Shown here: in pieces, positions 38,024 to 47,343 of the stretch
Layout of the letters: the number at the start of each line of letters is the position of its first letter
Numbering within the stretch: the stretch's first letter is position 1
From: an uncultured Gammaproteobacteria bacterium
Lineage (GTDB): Bacteria > Patescibacteriota > Microgenomatia > Levybacterales > GWA1-39-11
Assembly (NCBI GenBank): GCA_964450885.1
Contig: CAYVFE010000001.1
Span: 160,489 to 224,488 of the forward strand
Length of the DNA stretch: 64,000 bases
Direction: 5' to 3'
Program-made: the position numbers and the translations under genes
The notes under the pieces: generated by a model
The model's database searches: none
What the model was told of the DNA's origin: nothing
Seen by the model: the letters and a program-made list of their open reading frames with translations, nothing else

Positions 38024-38737
38024 TTATTGAATGATATCACTTCCAGAATCTGGTTGTAGGTCTAATGTTTGCTGCTCATTTTCGGCAGGAACAGTATTGA
38101 GAGCCGCTAGGCCACGAGCAGCAAGTCTTACGGCATCGCGAGCAGTCTTTACTGATGCAAGGGTTGCCCTAAGATCTTCTTTGAATTTTTGAACAACGGG
38201 CTGGATGGATTCTCTAAGTGTTGCTTCGTCAGTTATCTCAATAACGTAAGAGTTTTCTGCTTGGGTCGTAACTAGAACTGACGCGCTTTCTATAGCCTCT
38301 TTGGCACCCGCTACTAAGGTATCTGCAGAAGTGGTGTCTACACCACTATCCTTAAGCACATTTATATTCGTCTCAATTCTAGTAAGTATCTCTGATAGTG
38401 TATCTAGAGCAGATGCCCAACGTGTAGTTTTTGCTTCATTCATAGTCTGAAGTTTCGTGTTGAGCCTCTCCACGATTGCTTTTTTGGTTTCATCCGTTAT
38501 AGCAGCAAGATCTTCTGAGAACTTTTCTCTAGCAGCAACATTTCTTTGTTGCATAGCTGCTCTTTTCTCAGCAACCATGTCTGAAACATTTTCGCGGACT
38601 GCTCTTGTCTGCGTAGTGCGAGTTTGCTGCAAGGTATTTTCAAGTTCTTGAGCAAATGAATAGACACTAAAGAGGGAAAGAAGTGCTAAGGCAAGAATCG
38701 TGGATGTAATAAATCGGCTAGAGATACGTGAGCTCAT
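38024..38737 (-). CDS. Secreted coiled-coil protein, unknown function
   Basis: Signal peptide, then predominantly alpha-helical Ala/Glu/Thr-rich sequence. Confidence 0.4.
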   Translation of the reverse strand: MSSRISSRFITSTILALALLSLFSVYSFAQELENTLQQTRTTQTRAVRENVSDMVAEKRAAMQQRNVAAREKFSEDLAAITDETKKAIVERLNTKLQTMNEAKTTRWASALDTLSEILTRIETNINVLKDSGVDTTSADTLVAGAKEAIESASVLVTTQAENSYVIEITDEATLRESIQPVVQKFKEDLRATLASVKTARDAVRLAARGLAALNTVPAENEQQTLDLQPDSGSDIIQ

Positions 38738-38775
38738 GACTATAATAGTAATAAGGATTGAGGTGCTATGTCAAG

Positions 38776-39912
38776 TTAGAGTTTTCCGGATTTTATATTC
38801 TGCCTTAAGTTCTCGACTAATTTATTAAAGTATGTGAGATTATGTATCGTTAATAGCTTTAGTCCCGTGATCTCGTTTCCCCTTAAAAGATGGCATATGT
38901 ATGCTTTTGAGTATTTGCTGCAGGCAAGGCATTCACAGCTATCATCAAGTGGCTTATTATCAGTTAAAAATGATTGTTTTTTCATAGCAAGTTTTCCCTT
39001 AGGAGTGAAAGCTACTCCGTGGCGTGCGTAGTGCGTTGGAGTTATGCAGTCGAATGTTTCGACACCCTCAGACATAATCGGCTCGAAGTCGTCCGGATGC
39101 CCGATCCCCAGTAGGTGGCGAGGTTTATTTTCTGGTAGAAAAGAGTTGGTGAGGCGGAGCATTTTTTGCATTGTGCGCTTGTCGTCTCCGAATTCGCCTC
39201 CTATACCGAATCCATCAAATGGAAGAGCTCCTATAAATTTCGCGCTTTCGGAGCGAAGATCCTCAAACTTTCCTCCTTGGACTATCCCGTAAAGTGCCTG
39301 ATCGGATTTTTTAGTATCCAGACAAATTCTTGCCCATTTATGTGTTTTTAGAAGAGACTTTTTTGTGTACTCATAGTTGGCGATAGGACTGGTGCACTCA
39401 TCAAAAGCAAAAATTATGTCAGCTCCTATCGACTCTTGAATTTCTATAGACTCTTTTGGACCGATAAAAAGTTTTCGTCCATCCACTGGGCTCCTGAAAA
39501 ATACACCGTCATCAGTTATCTTTATATTTTGTGGTTGTTGCCCTTCTTTAATAGAAAGATCAGATTTTTCTTTTAGGATCTTTCCGACTCCGTGATCTAT
39601 TCCAAAGCCTAGTGAAAAAACCTGAAATCCGCCAGAATCTGTCATGAGTGGATGATCCCAGTTCATAAACTTATGGATCCCGCCAGCTTTTTTGAGAAAC
39701 TTTTCTCCAGGCTTTAGGTGCAGGTGAAAGGTGTTTGAGATAAGTATTTTAGTGTTGGTCTTTTCAACTTCATCACTTGTTAGAGTTTTGACGACAGCTT
39801 GAGTGGCAACTCCGGTAAAGGAGGGCGTCTCGAATTCTCCATGAGGAGTCTTGAGTATTCCGATTCGGGCGTTACTTTTTTTCGACTTAAACTCAATCTT
39901 GAAATCTATCAT
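38776..39912 (-). CDS. tgt: Queuine tRNA-ribosyltransferase
   Basis: N-terminal FETPHGEFETP pattern, catalytic Asp region DSGGFQ, and C-terminal zinc site CECLACS...H. Confidence 0.9.
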   Translation of the reverse strand: MIDFKIEFKSKKSNARIGILKTPHGEFETPSFTGVATQAVVKTLTSDEVEKTNTKILISNTFHLHLKPGEKFLKKAGGIHKFMNWDHPLMTDSGGFQVFSLGFGIDHGVGKILKEKSDLSIKEGQQPQNIKITDDGVFFRSPVDGRKLFIGPKESIEIQESIGADIIFAFDECTSPIANYEYTKKSLLKTHKWARICLDTKKSDQALYGIVQGGKFEDLRSESAKFIGALPFDGFGIGGEFGDDKRTMQKMLRLTNSFLPENKPRHLLGIGHPDDFEPIMSEGVETFDCITPTHYARHGVAFTPKGKLAMKKQSFLTDNKPLDDSCECLACSKYSKAYICHLLRGNEITGLKLLTIHNLTYFNKLVENLRQNIKSGKL

Positions 39913-39960
39913 GAAAAGTATTCTAGCATTATATGCTCAGCATTGATATAATTATTAATT

Positions 39961-40518
39961 ATGGGCCTAATTGATGCTTTGTCTGGAAAAACATACAAAA
40001 GGAATATTCTAATAAACAAAAATTTAGATATTCTATTAACCAAATCTAAAAATGAAGATGATAAGGTATATTTGTGGCTAAATTCTATAATTGTTCCAAT
40101 AGGTATTTTTGTCGAAACATTATTAATTGATGATAAAAGTGATCAAACAGAGTTAATAAGAAATAATACTTCTAAGATTGATGCGGAAAAAGTTTTGACC
40201 TTAATGAAATTTTTAATTCTTTTTACTCTCTATTTAGATAAAAAAGGTGAATATGCTAAAGAGTATGGTATTACTAAAAAGAGTCTTGAGAAAGCAGTAC
40301 TTGAATTTACAGACGCTAATGAAGAAATTGTAAAAATGTATTTAGACTTGAGTAAGGATAGAACAGACTTTAACTTAATTGCTGACGGATTTTACAATAA
40401 TATATTAACTATTCTTTTAGGTATTAAAAGAGAAGGCTTTATGGATAAGCTTACAGAGAGTCTTTACATATTAGACCTTTTCTCATTTACAGTATTTGGA
40501 GAAAGCAAAGAAAAGTAA
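39961..40518 (+). CDS. Hypothetical soluble protein, compositionally atypical (low GC) orphan
   Basis: 185 aa ORF alone on the plus strand between two minus-strand genes. Visibly more AT-rich than its neighbours. No motif recognised. Confidence 0.4.
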   Translation: MGLIDALSGKTYKRNILINKNLDILLTKSKNEDDKVYLWLNSIIVPIGIFVETLLIDDKSDQTELIRNNTSKIDAEKVLTLMKFLILFTLYLDKKGEYAKEYGITKKSLEKAVLEFTDANEEIVKMYLDLSKDRTDFNLIADGFYNNILTILLGIKREGFMDKLTESLYILDLFSFTVFGESKEK

Positions 40519-40559
40519 AATGGATAATATTCGATTTCTTCGGTAAGCTCAGGGTCACA

Positions 40560-41333
40560 CTACCTCTTGTCAAAGTATAATGTAACTGTTGAGGTGATAG
40601 TTTGAGATCCAGGCTGGAGATTTGCGCTTCCGCCACCCATTGCTTCTACCGAAAGTGCCCTGTCATACATAGGCATAGGGTAGTCATTTCCACTGGACTC
40701 AACTATATTTGTAACCTTTCCAAGTCTTATTCCAAGTCTGTCTGCAAGTTCTTTTGCCTGCTGTTGTGCATTTTCGATAGCAGCATTTCGAGCTTGCTCG
40801 CGGTACTCTTCAGGCTTGTCTATGACAAAACTTGTTCCCAGTATCTGATTTGCGCCATTTGCGGTGGACTGCTCTATGACTTGCGGGAGGATATCAAGAT
40901 TTCTTACTTTTATGGAAAGACTCGCATTGCCGCTGTATCCGGTGATTTCATTAGTTCCGGATTCATAATTATAGTCTGGATTTATCGAGTAATTTGATGT
41001 AGATACGTCTTCGTCAGAAATCCCCAGACTCTCCATGGCAGCGACAATCGAGTTATTGGTTTGGTTGATCTGGTTTTGTGCTGTTTCGACAGTGGTTGCG
41101 TTGCTTACGATAATTCCGACATTTACTTGTGCCGTATCAGGGACAACATCCACTTTCCCTTCTCCGATTACAGCAAGTTCTCCGGAGGCTTGTTTGGTGG
41201 TAACGTCTATCGGATACGAAATCCCTAGAGCATTTATTACCCAGAGAGTAAATACAATAAGTGCAAGTAAAACGATAGTAAAGAGAAAATTTTTACTTGC
41301 GACAAGATCGGCAATACTTCTTTGGAGTTTCAC
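40560..41333 (-). CDS. SIMPL/DUF541-family periplasmic protein
   Basis: N-terminal anchor, then the SIMPL pattern (...VSNATTVETAQNQINQ...VRNLD...AIENAQQQAKELA...). Confidence 0.65.
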   Translation of the reverse strand: MKLQRSIADLVASKNFLFTIVLLALIVFTLWVINALGISYPIDVTTKQASGELAVIGEGKVDVVPDTAQVNVGIIVSNATTVETAQNQINQTNNSIVAAMESLGISDEDVSTSNYSINPDYNYESGTNEITGYSGNASLSIKVRNLDILPQVIEQSTANGANQILGTSFVIDKPEEYREQARNAAIENAQQQAKELADRLGIRLGKVTNIVESSGNDYPMPMYDRALSVEAMGGGSANLQPGSQTITSTVTLYFDKR

Positions 41334-41374
41334 AATTAAAGTTTAGATTCTAAAAAATCCTTTGTCAATAAGAA

Positions 41375-42586
41375 TTATTCATACCTCAAAGCATCGATAG
41401 GAGATAGCTTTGCTGCACGCCTTGCAGGGTATATCCCAAACACAATTCCGACAAGCGTTGATACCCCCACCGCAATTATAATGGCAGGGATACTTACGAC
41501 AAATGGAATATTTGCAACAAGGGAAATTAGAAAAGCTCCAGATATCCCTAGTGCGATCCCTATAAGTCCTCCTATAAGACTCATAACAACTGATTCGACC
41601 AAAAATTGCGTTAATATATCCTTTTCCTTTGCGCCGATCGCTTTAAGTAGTCCTATTTCTCGCGTCCTTTCGGTTACAGATACTAGCATTATATTCATGA
41701 CACCGACTCCTCCTACGACTAGGGAAATTCCTGATATGCCAGCAATCATGGCAGTTAGTAGGCCCGTTATGGTCTGTACAGTAGACAATATATCTTGAGA
41801 GCTAGTTATCTGAAAATCATTTTCATCGTCCTCATCTAAATTGTGTCTATCACGCAGCAAGAGCTCAACGTCCTCTAAGGTCTGATTTATTGAATTTTGA
41901 TCGTGTACGCCTATATCAATCTCCTGAAGTTTTTCCTCGCCAACGATTTCCCGCGTGACAACATCTATGGGAACTATTGCCGAGTTGTTGATGAATCCGC
42001 CCGCAAGCGCGCTGGACGACTCCATGACACCAGTCACCCTAAATGTTCTGTTATTGATTCTTACTATTTCTCCTAACGCAGATGTGTTTTCTCCAAATAA
42101 ATCCTCCACGACATCTGTTCCCAGTATGACAATTCTCTCTGAGGCTGTACCTTGTTCCTGCGTCATGAACTCTCCTTCGATGAGGTCAGGACGCAGAATT
42201 TCAAATATTTCATGAGTGGAGCCATATGTCAAAACTTCTTCGTCTTCTCCGTTTGCTGATATGTTCACAGATGCCATGGAAATTGGCGCAACGTATCGGA
42301 TGTTTGTTAGGGAAGCGTCATTCCGGATCGCTTCTACGTCATCAAATGTTATGGTATTTGAACCTGCGAAAGTACTGAACTGATCACTCCCAGGAGTAAT
42401 TTGAAAATAATCTGTTCCAAATGATGATAATTCGTCTGTTACAAAAGCGACTGCTCCTTGACCTATAGAATAGATTAGGATGACCGAGGTTATTCCTATT
42501 ATGATCCCCAACATCGTTAAGGACGTTCGCAGGATATTGTTTCTCAGTGCTTGGATTGCCGATTGGACTATTTCCTTGTATTCCAT
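41375..42586 (-). CDS. ABC transporter permease, MacB/FtsX-like
   Basis: One N-terminal TM, a large periplasmic domain, and three C-terminal TM helices in the FtsX arrangement. Adjacent to the ABC ATPase. Confidence 0.8.
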   Translation of the reverse strand: MEYKEIVQSAIQALRNNILRTSLTMLGIIIGITSVILIYSIGQGAVAFVTDELSSFGTDYFQITPGSDQFSTFAGSNTITFDDVEAIRNDASLTNIRYVAPISMASVNISANGEDEEVLTYGSTHEIFEILRPDLIEGEFMTQEQGTASERIVILGTDVVEDLFGENTSALGEIVRINNRTFRVTGVMESSSALAGGFINNSAIVPIDVVTREIVGEEKLQEIDIGVHDQNSINQTLEDVELLLRDRHNLDEDDENDFQITSSQDILSTVQTITGLLTAMIAGISGISLVVGGVGVMNIMLVSVTERTREIGLLKAIGAKEKDILTQFLVESVVMSLIGGLIGIALGISGAFLISLVANIPFVVSIPAIIIAVGVSTLVGIVFGIYPARRAAKLSPIDALRYE

Positions 42587-42588
42587 AA

Positions 42589-43284
42589 TTATTTCTTTTT
42601 GTCAGAAACGACCTTTCCGTCGACTAGCCTAATAATTCTTTTTGCATGCTGAGCTATATCATCTTCGTGGGTGATTAGGATTATTGTCCTTCCTTTGTTA
42701 TTTAGCTCTTTTATAAATGACATAATTTCATGCGACGTCTTTGTGTCTAGATTTCCGGTCGGCTCATCCGCAAGGATGATCGATGGGTCCATAACGAGTG
42801 CACGTGCTATCGCGACGCGTTGGATCTGGCCACCTGATATGTGATTTGATAGATTGTGCGCTTTATCTGCGATTCCTACGAGCGAGAGTGCATCCATAGC
42901 CCGCCTCGTCCGTTCTTCCGGGTTAATCTTTCCATAGAGCATAGGGCGTTCTACATTCTTTAAGACGGTTGTCCTGGGGAGCAGATTAAATGACTGAAAA
43001 ATAAATCCAATTTCCTTATTCCTGATATCAGCGAGTTGATCCTCCGTATATGTGCTTATGTTCTTTCCATTAAGTAGATACTTTCCGGTTGTCGGAGTAT
43101 CGAGGGCTCCTATTATATGCATTGTTGTTGATTTACCACTTCCAGATGGTCCCATGATTGCGACAAAATCTCCCTCGCTTACCTCAAGTGTTACTCCATT
43201 TAGTGCTTGATAGAATTGATCGTCACCGAGGGGATAGCGTTTTGTGATGTTCTCTAGCTTGATGATCGGAGTGTTATTTGGCAT
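42589..43284 (-). CDS. ABC transporter ATP-binding protein (MacB/LolD-type)
   Basis: Walker [10 protein letters not shown], signature [15 protein letters not shown], Walker [12 protein letters not shown]. Confidence 0.92.
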   Translation of the reverse strand: MPNNTPIIKLENITKRYPLGDDQFYQALNGVTLEVSEGDFVAIMGPSGSGKSTTMHIIGALDTPTTGKYLLNGKNISTYTEDQLADIRNKEIGFIFQSFNLLPRTTVLKNVERPMLYGKINPEERTRRAMDALSLVGIADKAHNLSNHISGGQIQRVAIARALVMDPSIILADEPTGNLDTKTSHEIMSFIKELNNKGRTIILITHEDDIAQHAKRIIRLVDGKVVSDKKK

Positions 43285-43294
43285 TGCATCTTAT

Positions 43295-44545
43295 TTAAAA
43301 TAATCCTGATCTTTGAATTTGTTCGTTCGAAAGCGACGTAACAATTTCCTGTCCTTCATCTAGACCCTTGAGTATTTGTGTCCTGTCCTCTCCCCGTATT
43401 CCTATTTCTACAGGAACATATTCGACAGCTTTAGTCGATGGATTAATGACTCTTACTGCGCGTCCTCCCTGATAAGGCTTAACAGCCGAATTCGGGACAG
43501 AAAGCACGTCCGTTATTTGATTTGTGACGATCTCAACATCTGCCGTCATTCCCGATCTCAGGTCAGTATCAGGATTAGTTATTTCTATATAGACGTTATA
43601 GCGGATAACGCCCATGTCATCAGTTCCGATAGTGTCAACTCTTCGTACGATACCTTTGAATTCTTTTCCATCTATAGAGCTTACATCGATAACCGCTTCC
43701 TGACCGTCTTTTACTTTAGATATATCTGTTTCACTTAGCGAGACTTTTACCTCTGTGGTACCTGGCTTTGCGATATTGAGAATTGGCGATGAGGCATTTG
43801 TTACAGTCTGGGCTTTTATCGGAGACCCACCAGTCACTGCAAGATTTGCTATAGTCCCGTTAGTTGTTGCTTTCACAACCGCATCTTGGGTTGCCTGATA
43901 CAAAAGCCATGTTGAGCTAACTGCCACTCCGGCTTGGCCTACGACCGTCTGTTGATCTTTATATTTGGCTTCAGCTGCTTGCCATTGGTCTTGCGATATC
44001 TGAAATTCTGCAGCTTGGCGATTTTCCTCCCGTGGTCTATTTTCACCATCCTCATACTCTCCATTAGTCGCCAGGTCTCGGAATGAATCCCATGCTCCGT
44101 ACATATCTGCGCGCAGTACATCTAGGTTGGATTTTGCAGCATTTAGAGTTGCCACAGCTGTTAGGTAATTTGCATAAGCTGCCTTTTGTTCTTGTTCTGT
44201 TGCGTTACTTTCTATATTTAGAAGATTTTGGTTTTCGATTACGATATCTCCATTTGCTACATAAATTTCTTTTACAATACCGTTAGTTGGAGAATATATC
44301 TCGACGTTTCCATTCGATGACACTCTTCCCGTTTCTGTAACAGTTTCCTTTATATCTGTACGCTCAGCCTTTGCCAGCGTATATCCTGGAGGGGCAGTGA
44401 GCGCGCCGATTTGGCCAACAACGATAGACAGTAATATGATTATTACAACTATTACGATGATCTTTTTTTTCCACGATATAGACTTGAACCACGAGTGGAA
44501 CTTTCTGGGAAAATAGAGCACTTTAGCTATCATAATTAATATCAC
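43295..44545 (-). CDS. HlyD/MacA-like periplasmic adaptor
   Basis: N-terminal TM, coiled-coil, beta-barrel segments. Operonic with the MacB-like ABC transporter. Confidence 0.6.
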   Translation of the reverse strand: MILIMIAKVLYFPRKFHSWFKSISWKKKIIVIVVIIILLSIVVGQIGALTAPPGYTLAKAERTDIKETVTETGRVSSNGNVEIYSPTNGIVKEIYVANGDIVIENQNLLNIESNATEQEQKAAYANYLTAVATLNAAKSNLDVLRADMYGAWDSFRDLATNGEYEDGENRPREENRQAAEFQISQDQWQAAEAKYKDQQTVVGQAGVAVSSTWLLYQATQDAVVKATTNGTIANLAVTGGSPIKAQTVTNASSPILNIAKPGTTEVKVSLSETDISKVKDGQEAVIDVSSIDGKEFKGIVRRVDTIGTDDMGVIRYNVYIEITNPDTDLRSGMTADVEIVTNQITDVLSVPNSAVKPYQGGRAVRVINPSTKAVEYVPVEIGIRGEDRTQILKGLDEGQEIVTSLSNEQIQRSGLF

Positions 44546-44707
44546 CTATGATAACATGTTTGGCTAATCTTAAGAAAGTAGATTTCAAAAGGCTTCAATC
44601 ATGAAAATTTTAAGTTCAAAATAGGCCAAAAGTAAAAAAAGGTGAGCAAAATTACTATAACATATTGACTAGTTTTATACAGTCTGATACTATCCTGAGA
44701 CTGAACT

Positions 44708-44730
44708 GCCCCAGCAAAGGGGCTTTTTTT
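44708..44730 (+). terminator. Terminator-like hairpin (gcccc-agcaaa-ggggc + T7) 12 nt upstream of the DUF4352 gene start
   Basis: 5 bp GC stem, 6 nt loop, seven T. Preceded by a TTGACT-N17-TACTAT promoter-like element at 44674-44702. Confidence 0.35.
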
Positions 44731-44742
44731 ATAGCAAAAAAT

Positions 44743-45507
44743 ATGGACAAAAATAATTCTACAATTTCGATAAATATCCCAAATCCCGTTGTCGGGATCG
44801 ATAAATTGAAAAACTACATTTTCGCTTTTGCATTGGAGATGTATAACGGTCCGATAAGACAAAGGACTTCTCCACTAAAAAACTTTCTGAGCAACGTAAA
44901 AAATCCTTTTAAGAATTTTAAATTCCCAAAGTTTAACAAGAAATTTTTGATCAAAATCGCACTTCCTATACTTGTAGTAGTAATTTTCCTGTTGGGTGCA
45001 GCAAGCATCATAAGAAGTTTTAATACCACGAGCGCAAATCCTGATTATGCGACGCAAGTTGGGGCAGCACTTCCAAACCCAGTGTCTGAGCAGAAATTGG
45101 ATAAGAGTTTTAATTTTCCTCTGACAGATGAGGAGGGAGAACAGGTTGGATCTTTTGACTATACAGTCGAGAATGCAGAGCTTAGAAAGCAGATTATTGT
45201 TCAAGGAAAAAGAGCGACTTCTATAGAAGGAAGAGTATTTCTGATCCTAAATCTTAAGATCGTGAATAATCTGGATCAGGCAATCCAACTTAATACGAGA
45301 GATTATGTCAGGGTGGTCGTAAACAATAACGCTGACGAGAGGCTTGCTCCAGACATCCACAACGATCCAGTAGAAGTGCAGGCGATCTCAACAAAATACA
45401 CACGACTTGGTCTTGCGATAAATGATACAGATACTAAAAATCCAATCATTCTTCAGGTAGGAGAAATTGATGGAGAGAAACAAACGATAGAGATAAGCTT
45501 TAAATAA
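44743..45507 (+). CDS. Membrane-anchored DUF4352-like protein
   Basis: Start taken at ATG 44743 (MDKNNST...) because the upstream ORF extension contains the terminator hairpin. One TM (IALPILVVVIFLLGAA), then a beta-rich domain ...RVFLILNLKIVNN... Confidence 0.45.
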   Translation: MDKNNSTISINIPNPVVGIDKLKNYIFAFALEMYNGPIRQRTSPLKNFLSNVKNPFKNFKFPKFNKKFLIKIALPILVVVIFLLGAASIIRSFNTTSANPDYATQVGAALPNPVSEQKLDKSFNFPLTDEEGEQVGSFDYTVENAELRKQIIVQGKRATSIEGRVFLILNLKIVNNLDQAIQLNTRDYVRVVVNNNADERLAPDIHNDPVEVQAISTKYTRLGLAINDTDTKNPIILQVGEIDGEKQTIEISFK

Positions 45508-45529
45508 GCCTATTAATGTACGTTTTCAT

Positions 45530-45763
45530 ATGAGTAACCTAAAACAGGACGAGCTAATCTCAGAAATAAAAAACGCCCTCAGAAGCGTTAAATATGGAAG
45601 CGTTGAAATCATTGTTCAGGATAGTACCGTTACTCAGATTACCGTTAGAAACATCAAAAAAACCAGCGTTGGAATACATGAGGAAGATGCACCAACGCAA
45701 GATCATACACTTAGGAATAATATTCATACGAGGTCTAAAATAAGAATAAACTTGCACTCTTGA
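45530..45763 (+). CDS. Small DUF2292/YezD-like protein
   Basis: ISEIKNALRSVKYGSVEIIVQDSTVTQITVRNIKK resembles the conserved YGSV-I-I-QDG-V-QI core of YezD-family proteins. Confidence 0.4.
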   Translation: MSNLKQDELISEIKNALRSVKYGSVEIIVQDSTVTQITVRNIKKTSVGIHEEDAPTQDHTLRNNIHTRSKIRINLHS

Positions 45764-45788
45764 CACAGTAAGTTACATAGAGTATAAG
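45760..45788 (+). promoter_or_regulatory. Sigma70-like promoter (TTGACA-N17-TATAAG) for the repeat-protein cluster
   Basis: ttgaca at 45760-45765, 17 nt spacer, tataag at 45783-45788. Confidence 0.35.
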
Positions 45789-45817
45789 TATTAACTAGTA
45801 ACGAAAGGCTGACCGCA

Positions 45818-45873
45818 AACGGAGGCTTCTACACACAAAAACTTGTGTGCGGAAGTCTCCGTTTTTCGTTTTT
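45818..45873 (+). terminator. Leader hairpin with U-tract (intrinsic-terminator-like) between promoter and first repeat-protein gene
   Basis: acggaggcttctacacacaaaaacttgtgtgcggaagtctccgt followed by ttttcgttttt. Outer stem of about 11 bp with one wobble pair, inner cacaca/tgtgtg stem. Confidence 0.45.
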
Positions 45874-45961
45874 AAGGGCTACCAAAAACGACTTAGGCGG
45901 GGCAAGTTACGAAGTGCTCTCTTAACGGAGAAATCTTAATAAAAAGGAGGTGAAACTTAAA

Positions 45962-47248
45962 ATGACAAATTTAAAACAACAAACTTTTTCAGTACTAGCA
46001 GCAGGAGCTATGCTTCTTAATGTAGCTACTCCAGCCCTAGCTGGTACTTATGAAATATCTGGTAACGGTTCAGGATCTGACAACGATATCGTTGTTGAAT
46101 CTACAAATACAACAACCGTTAATCAGAACAATACAGCAAACGTCACCAACAATATAAAAACAAAAGCAGACACAGGCGACAACAAAGCTAATTACAATAC
46201 TGGTGGAAATGTAGAAATTTCTACTGGGAACGCAGGTGTAACTGCAAGTGTTTCAAACAACCTTAACAGCAATGTTGCAGAGGTTGATTGTTGCGCAGCA
46301 AATGATACCGATGTCACAATTTCTGGCAACGGTTCAAAGTCTGATAACAAAGTTGGACTAGTTAACTCTAATACAACTAAAGTTAATCAGAAAAATGTTG
46401 CAAATGTAACAAATGATGTAGATGCTAAAGCAGACACAGGCGACAACAAAGCAGGCGCAAATACCGGCGGAGATGTCGTTATAACAACTGGTAAAGCAGT
46501 AGTAAATGTAGACGTTGACACTGTTGCAAACAGCAATGTTGCAAGAGTTGGAAGCGGAAACAGCGCTACTCCTACACCATCAGCAAGCTTTATGATTATC
46601 GGAAACGGTTCCGGATCTGATAATGAAATAGCAGCTGCACTTACAAACGCAACAACACTAGGTCAGAACAATACAGCAAACATCACTAATGATGTAGATG
46701 TAGACGCTGATTCTGGGGACAACAAAGCTAACTATAATACAGGCGGCGATGTTGTAATAACTGCTGGTTATCCAGTAGGAGCAGTTGCAACTGTTGATGT
46801 TGACAATCTAGTTAACTTCAACGCTGCAGATGTTGATTGTGGATGTGAATTCGATGTTACTGCAAAAATCTCTGGAAACGGAGCAGAAGCAGATGACAAA
46901 AATCACAAAAATTGGTGGAGCAAATGGTTTGACAAAGACCAGAATTATATCGGTCTTACCCTAGACAACACTCAAACTGTTGGACAGGCAAACTTAGCAA
47001 ATCTAACCAATGATGTTGACGTAGACGATGCAGAAAGTGGAGATAACGAAGCTAGTTACAATACTGGAGAGGCTGATACCGACCCAAGCATAACAACTGG
47101 TGCTGCTATCTCAGATACTTCTGTATCTAACGAAGGCAACTCAAATATCTTAGGTGATCTTTCTCTAGAAATGCCTGAAATGCCAAGCAATGTTGAAGTT
47201 TCTTTCAGCTTTGCAGCAATGATGGCTTTCTTTGGAATGTCATTCTAA
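45962..47248 (+). CDS. Secreted Asn/Thr/Gly-rich tandem-repeat protein (paralog 1)
   Basis: Start at ATG 45962, 9 nt after RBS aaaggaggtg. Signal peptide MTNLKQQTFSVLAAGAMLLNVATPALA. About 75 aa repeats (ISGNGSGSDN...VNQNNTANVTN...ADTGDNKANYNTGGDVVITTG.A.V) with paired Cys between repeats. Confidence 0.7.
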   Translation: MTNLKQQTFSVLAAGAMLLNVATPALAGTYEISGNGSGSDNDIVVESTNTTTVNQNNTANVTNNIKTKADTGDNKANYNTGGNVEISTGNAGVTASVSNNLNSNVAEVDCCAANDTDVTISGNGSKSDNKVGLVNSNTTKVNQKNVANVTNDVDAKADTGDNKAGANTGGDVVITTGKAVVNVDVDTVANSNVARVGSGNSATPTPSASFMIIGNGSGSDNEIAAALTNATTLGQNNTANITNDVDVDADSGDNKANYNTGGDVVITAGYPVGAVATVDVDNLVNFNAADVDCGCEFDVTAKISGNGAEADDKNHKNWWSKWFDKDQNYIGLTLDNTQTVGQANLANLTNDVDVDDAESGDNEASYNTGEADTDPSITTGAAISDTSVSNEGNSNILGDLSLEMPEMPSNVEVSFSFAAMMAFFGMSF

Positions 47249-47258
47249 TTGGGCGTGA

Positions 47259-47295
47259 GTAGAGGTTCTTGCTAGCACTTCGGCAAGACCTCTAC
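47259..47295 (+). promoter_or_regulatory. Intergenic long stem-loop (13 bp stem with one bulge, 10 nt loop) with no U-tract
   Basis: gtagaggttcttgc tagcacttcg gcaagacctctac, between repeat-protein genes 1 and 2. Confidence 0.35.
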
Positions 47296-47343
47296 AAAAC
47301 CCAACACAAAATTGAAAATTAAAATAAATAACTAAAAATAAAA

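Noticed and set aside
44665-44742. ORF-track start of the DUF4352 gene at 44665
   Set aside because: That N-terminal extension would run through a GC hairpin with a T7 tract and has no hydrophobic or signal features. The ATG at 44743 followed by the TM segment is more plausible.
45950-45961. GTG start at 45950 for repeat protein 1
   Set aside because: GTG overlaps the Shine-Dalgarno aaaggaggtg. The ATG at 45962 has ideal spacing and begins a typical signal peptide.
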